Below, piece after piece: positions 16,522 through 25,864 of a DNA stretch of 64,000 nucleotides. How positions within the stretch are numbered: the stretch's first letter is position 1; each line of letters begins with the position of its first letter. The notes below the pieces were generated by a model. The model was not told where the DNA came from. It did no database searches and worked only from the letters and a program-made list of their open reading frames with translations. The stretch covers positions 1,383 to 65,382 of the forward strand of contig CAZJVU010000003.1 of assembly GCA_964550035.1 (NCBI GenBank), given 5' to 3'. Position numbers and translations under genes: made by a program. This DNA is from an uncultured Candidatus Saccharibacteria bacterium. GTDB taxonomy: Bacteria; Patescibacteriota; Saccharimonadia; Saccharimonadales; EFPC-124.

Positions 16522-18021
16522 CTACGATAGGCGGCTTTTAATAAGCTGAGAAACAAGCGCCGGGTTTGCCTTGCCCTGCGATTTCTTCATAACCTGCCCT
16601 ACGAGGAATCCGATGACGCGGTCGTTGCCCGCCTTCACATCAGCGACAGCTTTGGCGCTGGCTGGGTCGCCAAGGACTTCGTCGACGATGGCTTCGAGGG
16701 CGGCGGAGTCGTTTTCCTGGAGTAAACCGTTCTTTTCCGCAAAGGCTTCGATCTCGTTTTCAGAAACGAGGGTGGTGCGTAGCTTGAATAGTAACTCGTC
16801 AGCAGTGTTAGAGCTCAACCGATTCTCTTTAAGTAGTTCATGAACTTTTAAAAAAGCTGGGGCTGTAGGAATCGTAAGGTCATCGTCGCCTGTACTCTCG
16901 GGCTTACGAGAGGCGAGGTCACGGTTAACTAAAAAGTTTACGGCAAATCGAGCGGCATCCTTACTTCTTTCTGCAACGGCGAGCACTGTACGCACATACC
17001 TTCTGCCTCCCGACAATTCGCCCATGACGTCAGCTAGCAGAAGCGTCTCGACGTCGTCCTGGCGCACACCGGCATCGGCGAGTTTGACACGGAGCGTAGT
17101 CGGCAAGAGCGGTTCGACTTCGGCGCGAATCGTGGCAATGCGCTCATCAGTCAGTTCGATCGGCGGCAGGTCGGCATCCGGGAAGTAGCGATAATCCATC
17201 GCTTCTTCTTTGCTGCGCTGAGAGAATGTCTTTTGCTTGGCGTCGTGCCAGCCACGAGTCTCCTGCGCGATCTTTTCGCCCTTCTCGAGGAGTTCGACTT
17301 GGCGAGCGTATTCGTATTCGGCGGCGCGTTCGACGCTGCGGAACGAGTTGAGGTTCTTGACCTCGGCGCGCGTGCCGAGCTTGTCGCTCCCCTTCGGCGC
17401 AACAGAAATATTGACGTCGAAACGCATATTACCGTGATACAAATCGCCGAGCGTGACACCGGCCGACTTCATGAGTAGATACAGCTCTTGCACGTACGCC
17501 TTTGCTTCTGCGGCGCTGTGCATGTCGGCTTCGGAAACGATTTCGATCAATGGCGTGCCTGCGCGGTTGAGATCCACGAGGCTGTAGTCTGCACTAGCGG
17601 GATGCGTCAGCTTACCGGCGTCTTCCTCGATGTGAGCGCGGGTGATACGAACTTTGAACGTGCTGCCATTCAGCGGCACGTCGATAGCACCAGTGCCGAC
17701 GGTCGGACGCTCCAGCTGCGTGATCTGATAGCCCTTCGGAAGATCAGGGTAGAAATAATGCTTGCGGTCAAAGCTGCTGACATGCGCAATCTCTGCATTC
17801 AGCGCCACGCCAGCACGGATCGCTAAGTTTACCGCCTCACGGTTGAGGACCGGCAACGTACCTGGCAAGCCGAAACAGATTGGACTAACCGTCGTGTTCG
17901 GCGCCTTATCGCGGGCGTCGTTGTCAGCACCGCTGAATAGCTTGGTCTTTGTCTTCAGCTGGACATGGCATTCGATGCCGATAGTTGGTTCGTACTTGTC
18001 GAGAATTTCTTTGGTAATCAT
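16522..18021 (-). CDS. gatB: Asp/Glu-tRNA amidotransferase subunit B
   Basis: 499 aa. N-terminal YEPTIGIECHVQLKTKTKLF and a C-terminal GatB/YqeY domain. Confidence 0.95.
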   Translation of the reverse strand: MITKEILDKYEPTIGIECHVQLKTKTKLFSGADNDARDKAPNTTVSPICFGLPGTLPVLNREAVNLAIRAGVALNAEIAHVSSFDRKHYFYPDLPKGYQITQLERPTVGTGAIDVPLNGSTFKVRITRAHIEEDAGKLTHPASADYSLVDLNRAGTPLIEIVSEADMHSAAEAKAYVQELYLLMKSAGVTLGDLYHGNMRFDVNISVAPKGSDKLGTRAEVKNLNSFRSVERAAEYEYARQVELLEKGEKIAQETRGWHDAKQKTFSQRSKEEAMDYRYFPDADLPPIELTDERIATIRAEVEPLLPTTLRVKLADAGVRQDDVETLLLADVMGELSGGRRYVRTVLAVAERSKDAARFAVNFLVNRDLASRKPESTGDDDLTIPTAPAFLKVHELLKENRLSSNTADELLFKLRTTLVSENEIEAFAEKNGLLQENDSAALEAIVDEVLGDPASAKAVADVKAGNDRVIGFLVGQVMKKSQGKANPALVSQLIKSRLS

Positions 18022-18429
18022 CTAGAGCGCTCCCACATTCTTGAGGCCTTGCTTGAATCCACGCAGAGCCTGGCTAACCATGACTGCGTTGAGCTTCACG
18101 TCGGTCTCGTGGGCGATACGGTTGCGAATCTTGTGCGCTGCCCATACTTTGTCGCCAGCATGCGAACTCTTCAGGCGATCACCCATTGTGTCGCCCGAGA
18201 AGCCACGTTGCTTGAGCGCTTGGTCGAGAAGCTTGTCAGCCTGTATGATCGCAACTTGCCAGCCGGCTTCGCCCATTTTCTGGACTTGCTCGATCTTTTC
18301 CCATTTCTCACGGTAATATTTGCTATCGAGACCGCTGCGGCGTCGGCCAAACTGACCAAGCCCAGCCAAAAGCACGAGCCCAGCTACCACAACGATAGCG
18401 AGAAAAATCATGAGGAGCGGTGAATCCAT
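18022..18429 (-). CDS. Membrane-anchored hypothetical protein inside the gat operon; possible HEPN-like Rx4H motif
   Basis: 135 aa with an N-terminal TM helix. Contains WAAHKIRNRIAHETD. Its stop abuts the gatB start and its start overlaps the gatA stop (TAATG). Confidence 0.6.
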   Translation of the reverse strand: MDSPLLMIFLAIVVVAGLVLLAGLGQFGRRRSGLDSKYYREKWEKIEQVQKMGEAGWQVAIIQADKLLDQALKQRGFSGDTMGDRLKSSHAGDKVWAAHKIRNRIAHETDVKLNAVMVSQALRGFKQGLKNVGAL

Positions 18430-19853
18430 TATGCGACCTCCTTTTCGAGTTGGCTGGCAACTGCAAAGAGCAGGCCGTCATCTTTTTGTTTGCCAATCAG
18501 CTGGAGACCAATTGGCAGGCCCTTAGCGTCCTCACCAGACGGCACGCTGAGCGCCGGCAGACCGGCAAGGCTTGCGGCGACGGTCATGATGTCAGCCAGG
18601 TACATTTTGAGCGGATCATCGGTGTTCTCGCCGAGCTTGAACGCGGTCGTTGGCGAAACAGGACCGATCAGCATGTCGTACTGCTCGAATGTTTTGTTGA
18701 ACTCGTTGATAAGCATCGTGCGTGCCGTCTGCGCCTTGCGGTAATATGCGTCGTAGTACCCGCTGCTGAGCACGTACGTGCCGATGAGAATACGGCGCTT
18801 GTTCTCTGCCATAAAACCTTGGTCGCGGGTGAGTCCATAGACTTCATCAAGGGTCTGGGCCTGCTCGGCGCTCAGGCCGTACTTGATCCCGTCGTAACGA
18901 CTGAGGTTTGAGCTGACTTCGGCAGGCACAACGATGTAGTAAATCGCCAACGCCAGGTTGACTGATGGCAGACTGACTTCTTCGACATCGTGGCCGAGCG
19001 CGCGAAGCTCTTCGACCCGCTGCGCGACTGCCTTCTTGACTTCGGGCTGGACGGCGTCGGTCATGTATTCTTTGACAAGGCCAATCTTGAGCTTGGCTGG
19101 CTTGTTATCGCTCAGAAGAAGGCTCTTCGGGAGGTTGGGAAGCGTTGTGCTGTCGCGCTCATCTTTACCAGCCATGATGTCCATCACAAGGGCGAGATCC
19201 TCGGCGGTGTGCGTAAATGCACCGATAGTGTCGGTCGAACTCGCCATCGCAACCACGCCATAACGCGAGACAAGGCCGTAGGTGGGTTTCATGCCGTACA
19301 CACCAGACAAACTTGCTGGCTGACGGATAGAACCACCAGTGTCGCTGCCGAGCGCAAATGGTACGATATCGAGTGCGACGGCCGTGGCCGAGCCACCCGA
19401 GCTTCCACCCGGCACGCGTGTTGGGTCAACGGCGTTTTTGGTTGGGCCAAAGTAGCTGTTCTCCGTGCTCGAGCCATGTGCAAAGGCGTCAAGGTTGGCC
19501 TTGGCGATCATGATAGCGCCTTCTGCTTCAAGGCGTTCGATAGCAGTTGACTGATATGGCGCCTCGAACCCTTCGAGGATTTTGGCAGCAGCGGTCGTGG
19601 TAGTGCCAAAAGTCAAAAAGTTATCTTTGGCAATAAACGGAATCCCGGCCAGCCGACCAAGTGGCGTGCCTGCGCCGCGAGCTTCATCAATCGCCTTGGC
19701 TCGCTCAAGCGCTCGCTCACGGGCAGTGCTGAGCGCCACGTTATAGGTTGCTTGTTTTTCCTCAAGACGGCTCAAAGCTTCTTCGGCCAGCTGAACCGCT
19801 GTGACACGACCTGCGGCGAGGTCGTCCAGTAATGCTAGGATGGACTTACTCAT
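18429..19853 (-). CDS. gatA: Glutamyl-tRNA(Gln) amidotransferase subunit A
   Basis: 474 aa with the amidase signature GGSSGGSATAVA. Confidence 0.95.
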   Translation of the reverse strand: MSKSILALLDDLAAGRVTAVQLAEEALSRLEEKQATYNVALSTARERALERAKAIDEARGAGTPLGRLAGIPFIAKDNFLTFGTTTTAAAKILEGFEAPYQSTAIERLEAEGAIMIAKANLDAFAHGSSTENSYFGPTKNAVDPTRVPGGSSGGSATAVALDIVPFALGSDTGGSIRQPASLSGVYGMKPTYGLVSRYGVVAMASSTDTIGAFTHTAEDLALVMDIMAGKDERDSTTLPNLPKSLLLSDNKPAKLKIGLVKEYMTDAVQPEVKKAVAQRVEELRALGHDVEEVSLPSVNLALAIYYIVVPAEVSSNLSRYDGIKYGLSAEQAQTLDEVYGLTRDQGFMAENKRRILIGTYVLSSGYYDAYYRKAQTARTMLINEFNKTFEQYDMLIGPVSPTTAFKLGENTDDPLKMYLADIMTVAASLAGLPALSVPSGEDAKGLPIGLQLIGKQKDDGLLFAVASQLEKEVA

Positions 19854-20143
19854 AATACTTTCGGTACTTTAATCTGACTGTCTTTAGACTGCGGCGCGTT
19901 CTTGAGCAATGCCTCTTGGCTGATGCCGTAATCGATGATGGCATCATCACGGTCCACATTCTTGAGGCCGGTTACCTGATATGTTGGCTCTACGCCAGTC
20001 GTATCCAGCTCGTTGAGCTGCTGAACGTAGCCAAGAATTGTATCGAGCTCTTTGCTGAGCTGTGTTGCTTCTTCGTCGCTGACGGCAATTTTCGCCAAGC
20101 CAGCAACATACCGCACATCGTCAATTGAAATAGTGTCTGCCAT
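19850..20143 (-). CDS. gatC: Asp/Glu-tRNA amidotransferase subunit C
   Basis: 97 aa. Overlaps gatA by 4 nt. Contains VRYVAGLAKIAVSDEE...VEPTYQV. Confidence 0.9.
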   Translation of the reverse strand: MADTISIDDVRYVAGLAKIAVSDEEATQLSKELDTILGYVQQLNELDTTGVEPTYQVTGLKNVDRDDAIIDYGISQEALLKNAPQSKDSQIKVPKVL

Positions 20144-20218
20144 AACTTAATCCATAGTATAACAGAGGGAACTGGGTGTGCCCACTGATTTTTGCTTGCC
20201 CGGCCACCGCTCGGTGTG

Positions 20219-20968
20219 TTAGTAGCGAGGCGTATCGTCGGGAAGCGAGTAAGGGTCAGTCTGGAGTGGCGTCGCCTTTTTAGTGTCGTGGTTCATAGTG
20301 AGCGTCGTCACAAACAGCGCAACCGCCATGATCGCAGCGAGCCCAATGACGACGCTTACAAATGCCTTGCTGACGTCACGGCCTTTTGCAAACCACATTG
20401 TGTACCAGCACGCCATACCAAAGACGACAAACGCCAGAAGCGCCGGCAGGAACTGCTCGGTATACATCGCCCCAATATTCGCACCGCTGACACCGATGTT
20501 GAGAAGAGAGTTCAGGAAAACGCTCAGCATGCTGATGAACGCGCCAGTGGCCAGCGCTGCGAGCACACCAAATGCGGTATAAACCGGCAGCTTATAACCG
20601 ACACGATTCGTATAGCCGGGGCGCTTGACGTATTCCGCGGCGGTACGACGGCGCAAAATATACATGAACGGCGCCAGCACGACAAATGCAGCTATCAGCG
20701 AGACAGCCATATTTGTATCAACGGCTCTCATGATTGGCTCGACGCTATAGAACATCGGCATGATCGTACTACTGCCATTACTAGAGCCGCTCTGCCACAA
20801 CTGAAGCGCCGTCGAAGCACCGAGCATGAGTAGTATCGGCATAAATACTACGAGGAAAAAGTAGCCCACATGCTCCAACGTCAAGAAACTCGTACCGCTC
20901 AGCTGTCGCATGACGGTTTGCTTTTTATCTTCGGTTGATACCGTTGTTGTTTGTGATTCTTCTGCCAT
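20219..20968 (-). CDS. Multi-pass membrane protein (249 aa)
   Basis: Trimmed to MAEESQTTTV... at 20968. The upstream part of the track ORF overlaps ORF H out of frame. Five or more hydrophobic helices. Confidence 0.6.
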   Translation of the reverse strand: MAEESQTTTVSTEDKKQTVMRQLSGTSFLTLEHVGYFFLVVFMPILLMLGASTALQLWQSGSSNGSSTIMPMFYSVEPIMRAVDTNMAVSLIAAFVVLAPFMYILRRRTAAEYVKRPGYTNRVGYKLPVYTAFGVLAALATGAFISMLSVFLNSLLNIGVSGANIGAMYTEQFLPALLAFVVFGMACWYTMWFAKGRDVSKAFVSVVIGLAAIMAVALFVTTLTMNHDTKKATPLQTDPYSLPDDTPRY

Positions 20969-21018
20969 ACGCGGAGCCCCTATTAATAAGTTCAGTATAG
21001 CACTTTGTGGTTGAGTCG

Positions 21019-21054
21019 CTACCGGGGCACGTGTTGTCACGTTTGCCCCGGTAG
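21019..21054. terminator. Perfect 11-bp hairpin
   Basis: CTACCGGGGCA...TGCCCCGGTAG. This is the second hairpin downstream of ORF H. Confidence 0.55.
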
Positions 21055-21073
21055 GACTATAAGAAAGCTCTGG

Positions 21074-21100
21074 GCCGGGCGAATCCCCAGCTCGCCCGGC
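21074..21100 (-). terminator. Perfect 9-bp GC hairpin after ORF H
   Basis: GCCGGGCGA-atccccagc-TCGCCCGGC, 8 nt from the ORF H stop. Confidence 0.6.
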
Positions 21101-21107
21101 ACCAGGT

Positions 21108-21365
21108 TCATTCATCCGCGTCAACGTCAACGCATACCTCGACTTCTGCTTCCGTACGGACGGAGACGATGAAAGCGTCCCGCATCGTTGTGTTCGTTTC
21201 GCTGAACTCATCGATGACGGCCTGGGCCTCGTCGCGGTCGTCGAATAGCTTACGCTCCCCCAGGTCTGTGGTCCATAAGGGCGAACGCCTAGCAAGAGCG
21301 CCACCGAAATTCTCTTCCTTCACTTCCACGAGATGGAAGTAGGCAGTCTGTACTGCGAACTTCAT
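21108..21365 (-). CDS. Cassette ORF H: small acidic hypothetical protein (85 aa)
   Basis: AGGAG RBS, GC3-rich, acidic C-terminus VDVDADE. Confidence 0.6.
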   Translation of the reverse strand: MKFAVQTAYFHLVEVKEENFGGALARRSPLWTTDLGERKLFDDRDEAQAVIDEFSETNTTMRDAFIVSVRTEAEVEVCVDVDADE

Positions 21366-21421
21366 GGGATGACTCCTATCACTCCTCGGCTATCTACGCA
21401 TCAGCGAACTTGGCCTCAGTG

Positions 21422-21471
21422 ACTATACCACCATGAGCCCTTCTTGACAATTCTGTATTTGAACTTATAAT
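21422..21471. promoter_or_regulatory. Back-to-back divergent promoters for ORFs H and I with overlapping -35 boxes
   Basis: Plus strand: TTGACA (21444-21449)-N16-TATAAT (21466-21471). Minus strand: TTGTCA (21445-21450)-N17-TATAGT (21422-21427). Confidence 0.6.
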
Positions 21472-21505
21472 ATCCACGTCGCACACCGATTTTGAGGAGA
21501 CGCCA

Positions 21506-21937
21506 ATGGATAAGCTCCCTTGGCAGGGACGAATGACCATCATGGGCACGCTGGCCGCCGCCTACAGGGTTGGCGGCCCGCCACGGCTCATCCGCTACGT
21601 GACCCTCGAGGACGCGCAAAGGCTGCAGGTGGCCATTCGTACCACCGCCGAGAAGGAAGCGCAGATCGCCCAGGTCCGAACGCGCATCAAACGACTGCGC
21701 GAAGCGGGTTACACCGACGAACGGATTGACGGGGTGATGAGTGAACTGGGTGGATCCCTGAAAGAATTCGAGCGCCAGGCAACCACTTGGCCCGAGCTCC
21801 AGATCAGGAGCTACCGCCTGGACGAAGACCCCTTGTTCGACACATACCGTGCGGTCTTCGAGCGTCTTCACTCGTTCCAGCCGCGCGACTTCGCAGCTGT
21901 CGAGCTCGCAAAGCGCGGCACAGTGCAGGCTCTGTAG
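21506..21937 (+). CDS. Cassette ORF I: hypothetical protein (143 aa)
   Basis: GAGGAG lies 6 nt before the ATG. GC3-rich. No family recognised. Confidence 0.65.
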   Translation: MDKLPWQGRMTIMGTLAAAYRVGGPPRLIRYVTLEDAQRLQVAIRTTAEKEAQIAQVRTRIKRLREAGYTDERIDGVMSELGGSLKEFERQATTWPELQIRSYRLDEDPLFDTYRAVFERLHSFQPRDFAAVELAKRGTVQAL

Positions 21938-21982
21938 CGAGTCGCCCACCCTTCTCCACAACGAGATAGGTGGGCGACTCGC
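21937..21982. terminator. Perfect 14-bp hairpin between ORF I and uvrB (convergent)
   Basis: GCGAGTCGCCCACC...GGTGGGCGACTCGC. Confidence 0.7.
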
Positions 21983-21986
21983 GCCA

Positions 21987-23951
21987 CTACACCTTTGATT
22001 TCAAATCTGCAATTATATCGCGCAGTTCGGCGGCCTCCTCAAACTGCAAATTAGCCGAAGCCAGATCCATCTGCGACGCGAGGTCACGGATAACGCCTGG
22101 GATTTCATCCTTCGGAATTTTCTTGAGATCGCGCTTAGCATCTTTGGCTTCCTGCGGGATAACGGCTCGCAGGCCTTCGTCGATCTTCTTGTTGACACCT
22201 TGTGGCGTAATACCGTGCTCGGTATTGTACGCTTCCTGGATGCCACGACGACGGGTTGTTTCTTCCAAGGTACGACGCATGCTGTCGGTGATAACATCGC
22301 CATACATAATGACATGGCCCTCAACGTGTCGAGCGGCGCGGCCGACGGTTTGGATGAGCGCCTGGCTCGAACGAAGGAACCCTTCTTTGTCGGCATCGAG
22401 AATTGCCACAAGACTTACCTCGGGGAGGTCCAATCCTTCGCGTAGCAAGTTAATACCGACCAGCACATCATATATACCAGTGCGCAAATCGCGCAAGATA
22501 TCGCTGCGCTCAAGCGTATCGATGTCGGAGTGCAAATACGCGGTCTTGATCTGGAGCTCGCTGAGGTATTCGCTCAGGTCCTCGGCCATACGCTTGGTCA
22601 ACGTCGTCACGAGTACGCGCTGGCCTTTAGCAATCGTGTCACGAATCTCGGCGATAAGGTCATCAACCTGACCGGTCGTCGGACGAATTTCGATCGGTGG
22701 ATCAAGCAGCCCGGTTGGGCGAATAATTTGCTGCACCGGCTCGCCACCGTGGCTGAGCTCGTACTCGCCCGGCGTGGCGCTGACATACACAACTTGGTTG
22801 ATGTGGCGTTCGAACTCGGTAAATGTCAGCGGTCGGTTATCGAGCGCACTTGGCAGTCGGAAGCCATACTCGACAAGGATTTCTTTGCGCGCCCGGTCAC
22901 CGTTGTACATCCCGCGCACCTGCGGGAGTGTCTGGTGTGACTCGTCGACGAACAGCAAAAAGTCATCGGGGAAATAATCCATCAGCGTTGCTGGCTGTTC
23001 GCCCGGTGCGCGATTAGTCAGGTAGCGACTGTAGTTCTCGATGCCTTTCACGAAGCCTGTTTCTTCGAGCATCTCGAGGTCGAACTTTAGACGTTGGTTG
23101 AGGCGCTGAGCTTCGAGCAGTTTGCCGTGGTCTTCGAACCACTTAGTACGTTCTTGGCCTTCCTTGCGGATCTTTTCGATGGCGATGAGCGTTTTTTCGC
23201 GTGGCGTGACGTAGTGGCTTCCTGGGAAGATACCGACTTCGGTCATCTCTTTGGTGATCTCACCGGTGAGTGGATCGACTTCGGTCAGGCGATCGACTTC
23301 ATCGCCGAAAAACTCCACACGAACCGCTCGCTCGCCACCAGCCGGAAAAACATCGACAACATCGCCGTGAACACGGAATGTGCTGCGATGGAAATCAATA
23401 TCGTTGCGCTGGTACTGGATGTCGGTCAGATGGCGGAGGAACTTGTCTTGCTTGCGCTGCTCGCCCTTCTTCAGGTGCACAGCCATACTGCCGTAGTCTT
23501 CGACCGAGCCGATACCGTAGATACAGCTCACGCTAGCTACGATGATCACATCGCGACGGGTTAATAGTGAGCTGGTTGCAGCGTGACGCAGACGGTCAAT
23601 CTCTTCGTTGATGTCGCTGTCTTTTTCGATGTAGGTGTCGCTGCTGGCGATGTAGGCTTCCGGCTGGTAGTAGTCGAAGTAGCTAACAAAGTAATGCACT
23701 TCAGCCTCTGGGAAGAACTGCTTGAACTCACTATAGAGCTGCGCCGCGAGCGTTTTGTTATGCACCAGTACCAGCGTCGGGACTTGGCGCGCTTGGATAA
23801 TATTGGCCATCGTAAACGTCTTGCCGGAGCCAGTGACGCCGAGCAGGGTCTGCTCTTTCGCCCCTTTTTCCAGCCCATCAACAAGTTTCGCGATTGCGCG
23901 CGGTTGGTCGCCGGTTGGCTGGTATTCACTGGCAAGTTTAAATGCGGCCAT
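21987..23951 (-). CDS. uvrB: Excinuclease ABC subunit B
   Basis: 654 aa. Contains [11 protein letters not shown], Walker A GVTGSGKT, helicase motifs and a C-terminal UVR domain. Confidence 0.95.
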   Translation of the reverse strand: MAAFKLASEYQPTGDQPRAIAKLVDGLEKGAKEQTLLGVTGSGKTFTMANIIQARQVPTLVLVHNKTLAAQLYSEFKQFFPEAEVHYFVSYFDYYQPEAYIASSDTYIEKDSDINEEIDRLRHAATSSLLTRRDVIIVASVSCIYGIGSVEDYGSMAVHLKKGEQRKQDKFLRHLTDIQYQRNDIDFHRSTFRVHGDVVDVFPAGGERAVRVEFFGDEVDRLTEVDPLTGEITKEMTEVGIFPGSHYVTPREKTLIAIEKIRKEGQERTKWFEDHGKLLEAQRLNQRLKFDLEMLEETGFVKGIENYSRYLTNRAPGEQPATLMDYFPDDFLLFVDESHQTLPQVRGMYNGDRARKEILVEYGFRLPSALDNRPLTFTEFERHINQVVYVSATPGEYELSHGGEPVQQIIRPTGLLDPPIEIRPTTGQVDDLIAEIRDTIAKGQRVLVTTLTKRMAEDLSEYLSELQIKTAYLHSDIDTLERSDILRDLRTGIYDVLVGINLLREGLDLPEVSLVAILDADKEGFLRSSQALIQTVGRAARHVEGHVIMYGDVITDSMRRTLEETTRRRGIQEAYNTEHGITPQGVNKKIDEGLRAVIPQEAKDAKRDLKKIPKDEIPGVIRDLASQMDLASANLQFEEAAELRDIIADLKSKV

Positions 23952-23979
23952 ACAGCTCTTATTGTAGCATAGCTAAGCG

Positions 23980-24008
23980 TTGCGATGCGCGGTAGATTAT
24001 TATATTAT
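23980..24008 (+). promoter_or_regulatory. Promoter for ORF J (TTGCGA-N17-TATTAT)
   Basis: AT-rich stretch directly after the divergent uvrB start. Confidence 0.45.
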
Positions 24009-24043
24009 ACGCTTTGTCATCTACTCAATGTTTTGGAGGACTC

Positions 24044-24526
24044 ATGTCCGAAAACGATCCGGAACGACGCGGCCGGCGTCTGCGCGGCCTGGTACTCAGC
24101 CTGGCTGGACTCATCTGCGTCATCGCTCTCGGCTGGGCGGTCTACTACGTGATCAGCACGGCAGTCAGAGAGAGCAACGCCCGCGACCACTTCGTCAGCG
24201 TGCGCCAGGAAGAAGCCAAGCAGCTCAGCAGTGATCTCGTCGAAGTGACCAAGAGGGAATCATTCGACGGCGACCGCCAGGACGTGAAGATCAAGATCGG
24301 CAGCTGCGGCGACTTCGACGGCTACTTCAACCTGCCGAAGGAGCCCACGACGCTCGGTGATGTCTCGCCGCTGCACGTACTCGTCCCGCTCACACCGGCG
24401 TCCGACAGCACGTGGCGTCAGCCAGCCGACATCGCCGTCGACGACCCGACGCTGAGCGCCAAGCTGCACGCCAGCACCGTTCTGGGGCCGTGCATCGCGG
24501 GCACCGGAACTCAGGGTCAGCAGTAG
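24044..24526 (+). CDS. Cassette ORF J: N-terminally membrane-anchored hypothetical protein (160 aa)
   Basis: ATG lies 4 nt after GGAGGA. Arg-rich N-terminus, then TM helix LVLSLAGLICVIALGWAVYYVI. GC3-rich. Confidence 0.65.
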   Translation: MSENDPERRGRRLRGLVLSLAGLICVIALGWAVYYVISTAVRESNARDHFVSVRQEEAKQLSSDLVEVTKRESFDGDRQDVKIKIGSCGDFDGYFNLPKEPTTLGDVSPLHVLVPLTPASDSTWRQPADIAVDDPTLSAKLHASTVLGPCIAGTGTQGQQ

Positions 24527-24555
24527 GTGACGGCGGGCTCCGGGCCCGCCATCAC
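24527..24555 (+). terminator. GC hairpin after ORF J
   Basis: GTGACGGCGGGC-tccgg-GCCCGCCATCAC, with one mismatch. Confidence 0.6.
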
Positions 24556-24566
24556 TGTAAACTTAT

Positions 24567-25172
24567 TTAGCCAGCGTGACGGGCAGCTTTGCCCGGACGC
24601 GGTGCGTTCTCGATATCTTGTTTAAAGTCAGCATATCGTTCGTCCAGTTCGGCTATCACACGCTCAACAATTCGCTCAGGGTCAACATCAAAGATAATGC
24701 CTTCTTTTCCTGGGCTCTCGATACGTTCGATGAGCGTCGGGATAAAATCAGCCAGACCGCCGCTCCCAGTCAATACAGCGATAACCTTGTGACTTTCCAT
24801 TGCCGTACTAAATTCGTGGAGACTTCCCATGCGCCCACCAACGGTAATAACCGCATCGCTGCTCCGTACCAAGTGGATATCCCGGCCGACATAGTCCATG
24901 CCAGTAAAGTTAATATAATCGAACTCTTGAAACGGCAATCGATAGCTATGGATATGCGCACGATACGAGCTGGCCGGCGAAAACCCAATACTAATGCCGC
25001 CATGCTCGTGTGCCCCGTCCGCCGCATACTGCGGCAACCCAGAGGTGGCACCCGTCAAGAGCACGTGACCACGCTTCGCAATTTCTGATCCTAAATGATA
25101 CGCAAGCTTATGTGCGTACTCAACCGTCTCGCCCTGTGCGGCCCCTGAAACACAAATCTGATATTTACTCAT
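24567..25172 (-). CDS. LOG/TIGR00725-type Rossmann-fold protein
   Basis: Trimmed to MSKYQICVSGAAQG... Contains LLTGATSGLPQYAADGA and VITVGGRMGSLHEF, which resemble the TIGR00725/LOG family. Confidence 0.6.
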   Translation of the reverse strand: MSKYQICVSGAAQGETVEYAHKLAYHLGSEIAKRGHVLLTGATSGLPQYAADGAHEHGGISIGFSPASSYRAHIHSYRLPFQEFDYINFTGMDYVGRDIHLVRSSDAVITVGGRMGSLHEFSTAMESHKVIAVLTGSGGLADFIPTLIERIESPGKEGIIFDVDPERIVERVIAELDERYADFKQDIENAPRPGKAARHAG

Positions 25173-25231
25173 AATGCTTATAGTTACTATAAGACAGATA
25201 GGACCCACTGGCAATGACGAGGTCCGCTTGA

Positions 25232-25260
25232 CCCCTTGGCCGCATACGTAGGCCAAGGGG
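25232..25260 (-). terminator. Perfect 10-bp hairpin after ORF K
   Basis: CCCCTTGGCC-gcatacgta-GGCCAAGGGG. Confidence 0.65.
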
Positions 25261-25294
25261 CAGAGCGGTTAGGGCCACGCTTCTCTGCGTTGAT

Positions 25295-25792
25295 CTAGCG
25301 GGGTTGCACCTGCGCCAGAAGCTGCGGATCCTGGTACTGCGGCAGGACGTCGAAGCCCATCAGGAGTTTGCTGACCAGTTGGCGGTTAGCTTGCGGATTC
25401 TCCCATCGCAGTGTTTGCGCGAAAGCGAAGGTCTGGCTCCTTTGGGGAGCGATTCGATGCAGCCTGGTCTGGACCTCCTTGAGCGACTCTTGCAGTTCTT
25501 CGCCCAACTCGTCACGAACGGGCCTGATCAGCTTGCGGTAAGCGGTGAGCTTCAGTGATGGCGCAGTTTCGAAGAACTGCATCTGTCGCCGAGCTTCCAG
25601 GCTGTCGCCACCGGTGAACTGTGCCAGGACTTTGCACCACACCGCGATGGAATCGAGGATGAAGATGCCGGTCCTTTGGTCGGGGTTCGCGGCACGGTCG
25701 CGATACCCGCTTTCGTGCCAGAGCCTCCGACTGGTCATCCAGACACCAACCCAGAGGTATGCCGGGCTTTTGACGTATTGCTTTGCACTCAT
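25295..25792 (-). CDS. Cassette ORF K: hypothetical protein (165 aa)
   Basis: ATG at 25792 lies 5 nt after GAGGAG; the track start is the adjacent TTG. GC3-rich. No family recognised. Confidence 0.65.
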   Translation of the reverse strand: MSAKQYVKSPAYLWVGVWMTSRRLWHESGYRDRAANPDQRTGIFILDSIAVWCKVLAQFTGGDSLEARRQMQFFETAPSLKLTAYRKLIRPVRDELGEELQESLKEVQTRLHRIAPQRSQTFAFAQTLRWENPQANRQLVSKLLMGFDVLPQYQDPQLLAQVQPR

Positions 25793-25838
25793 CAAAACTC
25801 CTCACTGCCATATGAAGTGCGGGCCCTAACCCCCGTAA

Positions 25839-25847
25839 GTAATACCA
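25839..25847 (-). promoter_or_regulatory. Extended -10 element (TGgTATTAC) for ORF K
   Basis: On the minus strand, tggtattac lies ~45 nt upstream of the ATG. The -35 box is weak (tagacg). Confidence 0.35.
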
Positions 25848-25864
25848 CGACGACTAAGCATCGT

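Noticed and set aside
21416-21961. 181-aa minus-strand ORF antisense to ORF I.
   Set aside because: It crosses the divergent promoter region. ORF I has GAGGAG plus ATG at optimal spacing and a more protein-like composition.
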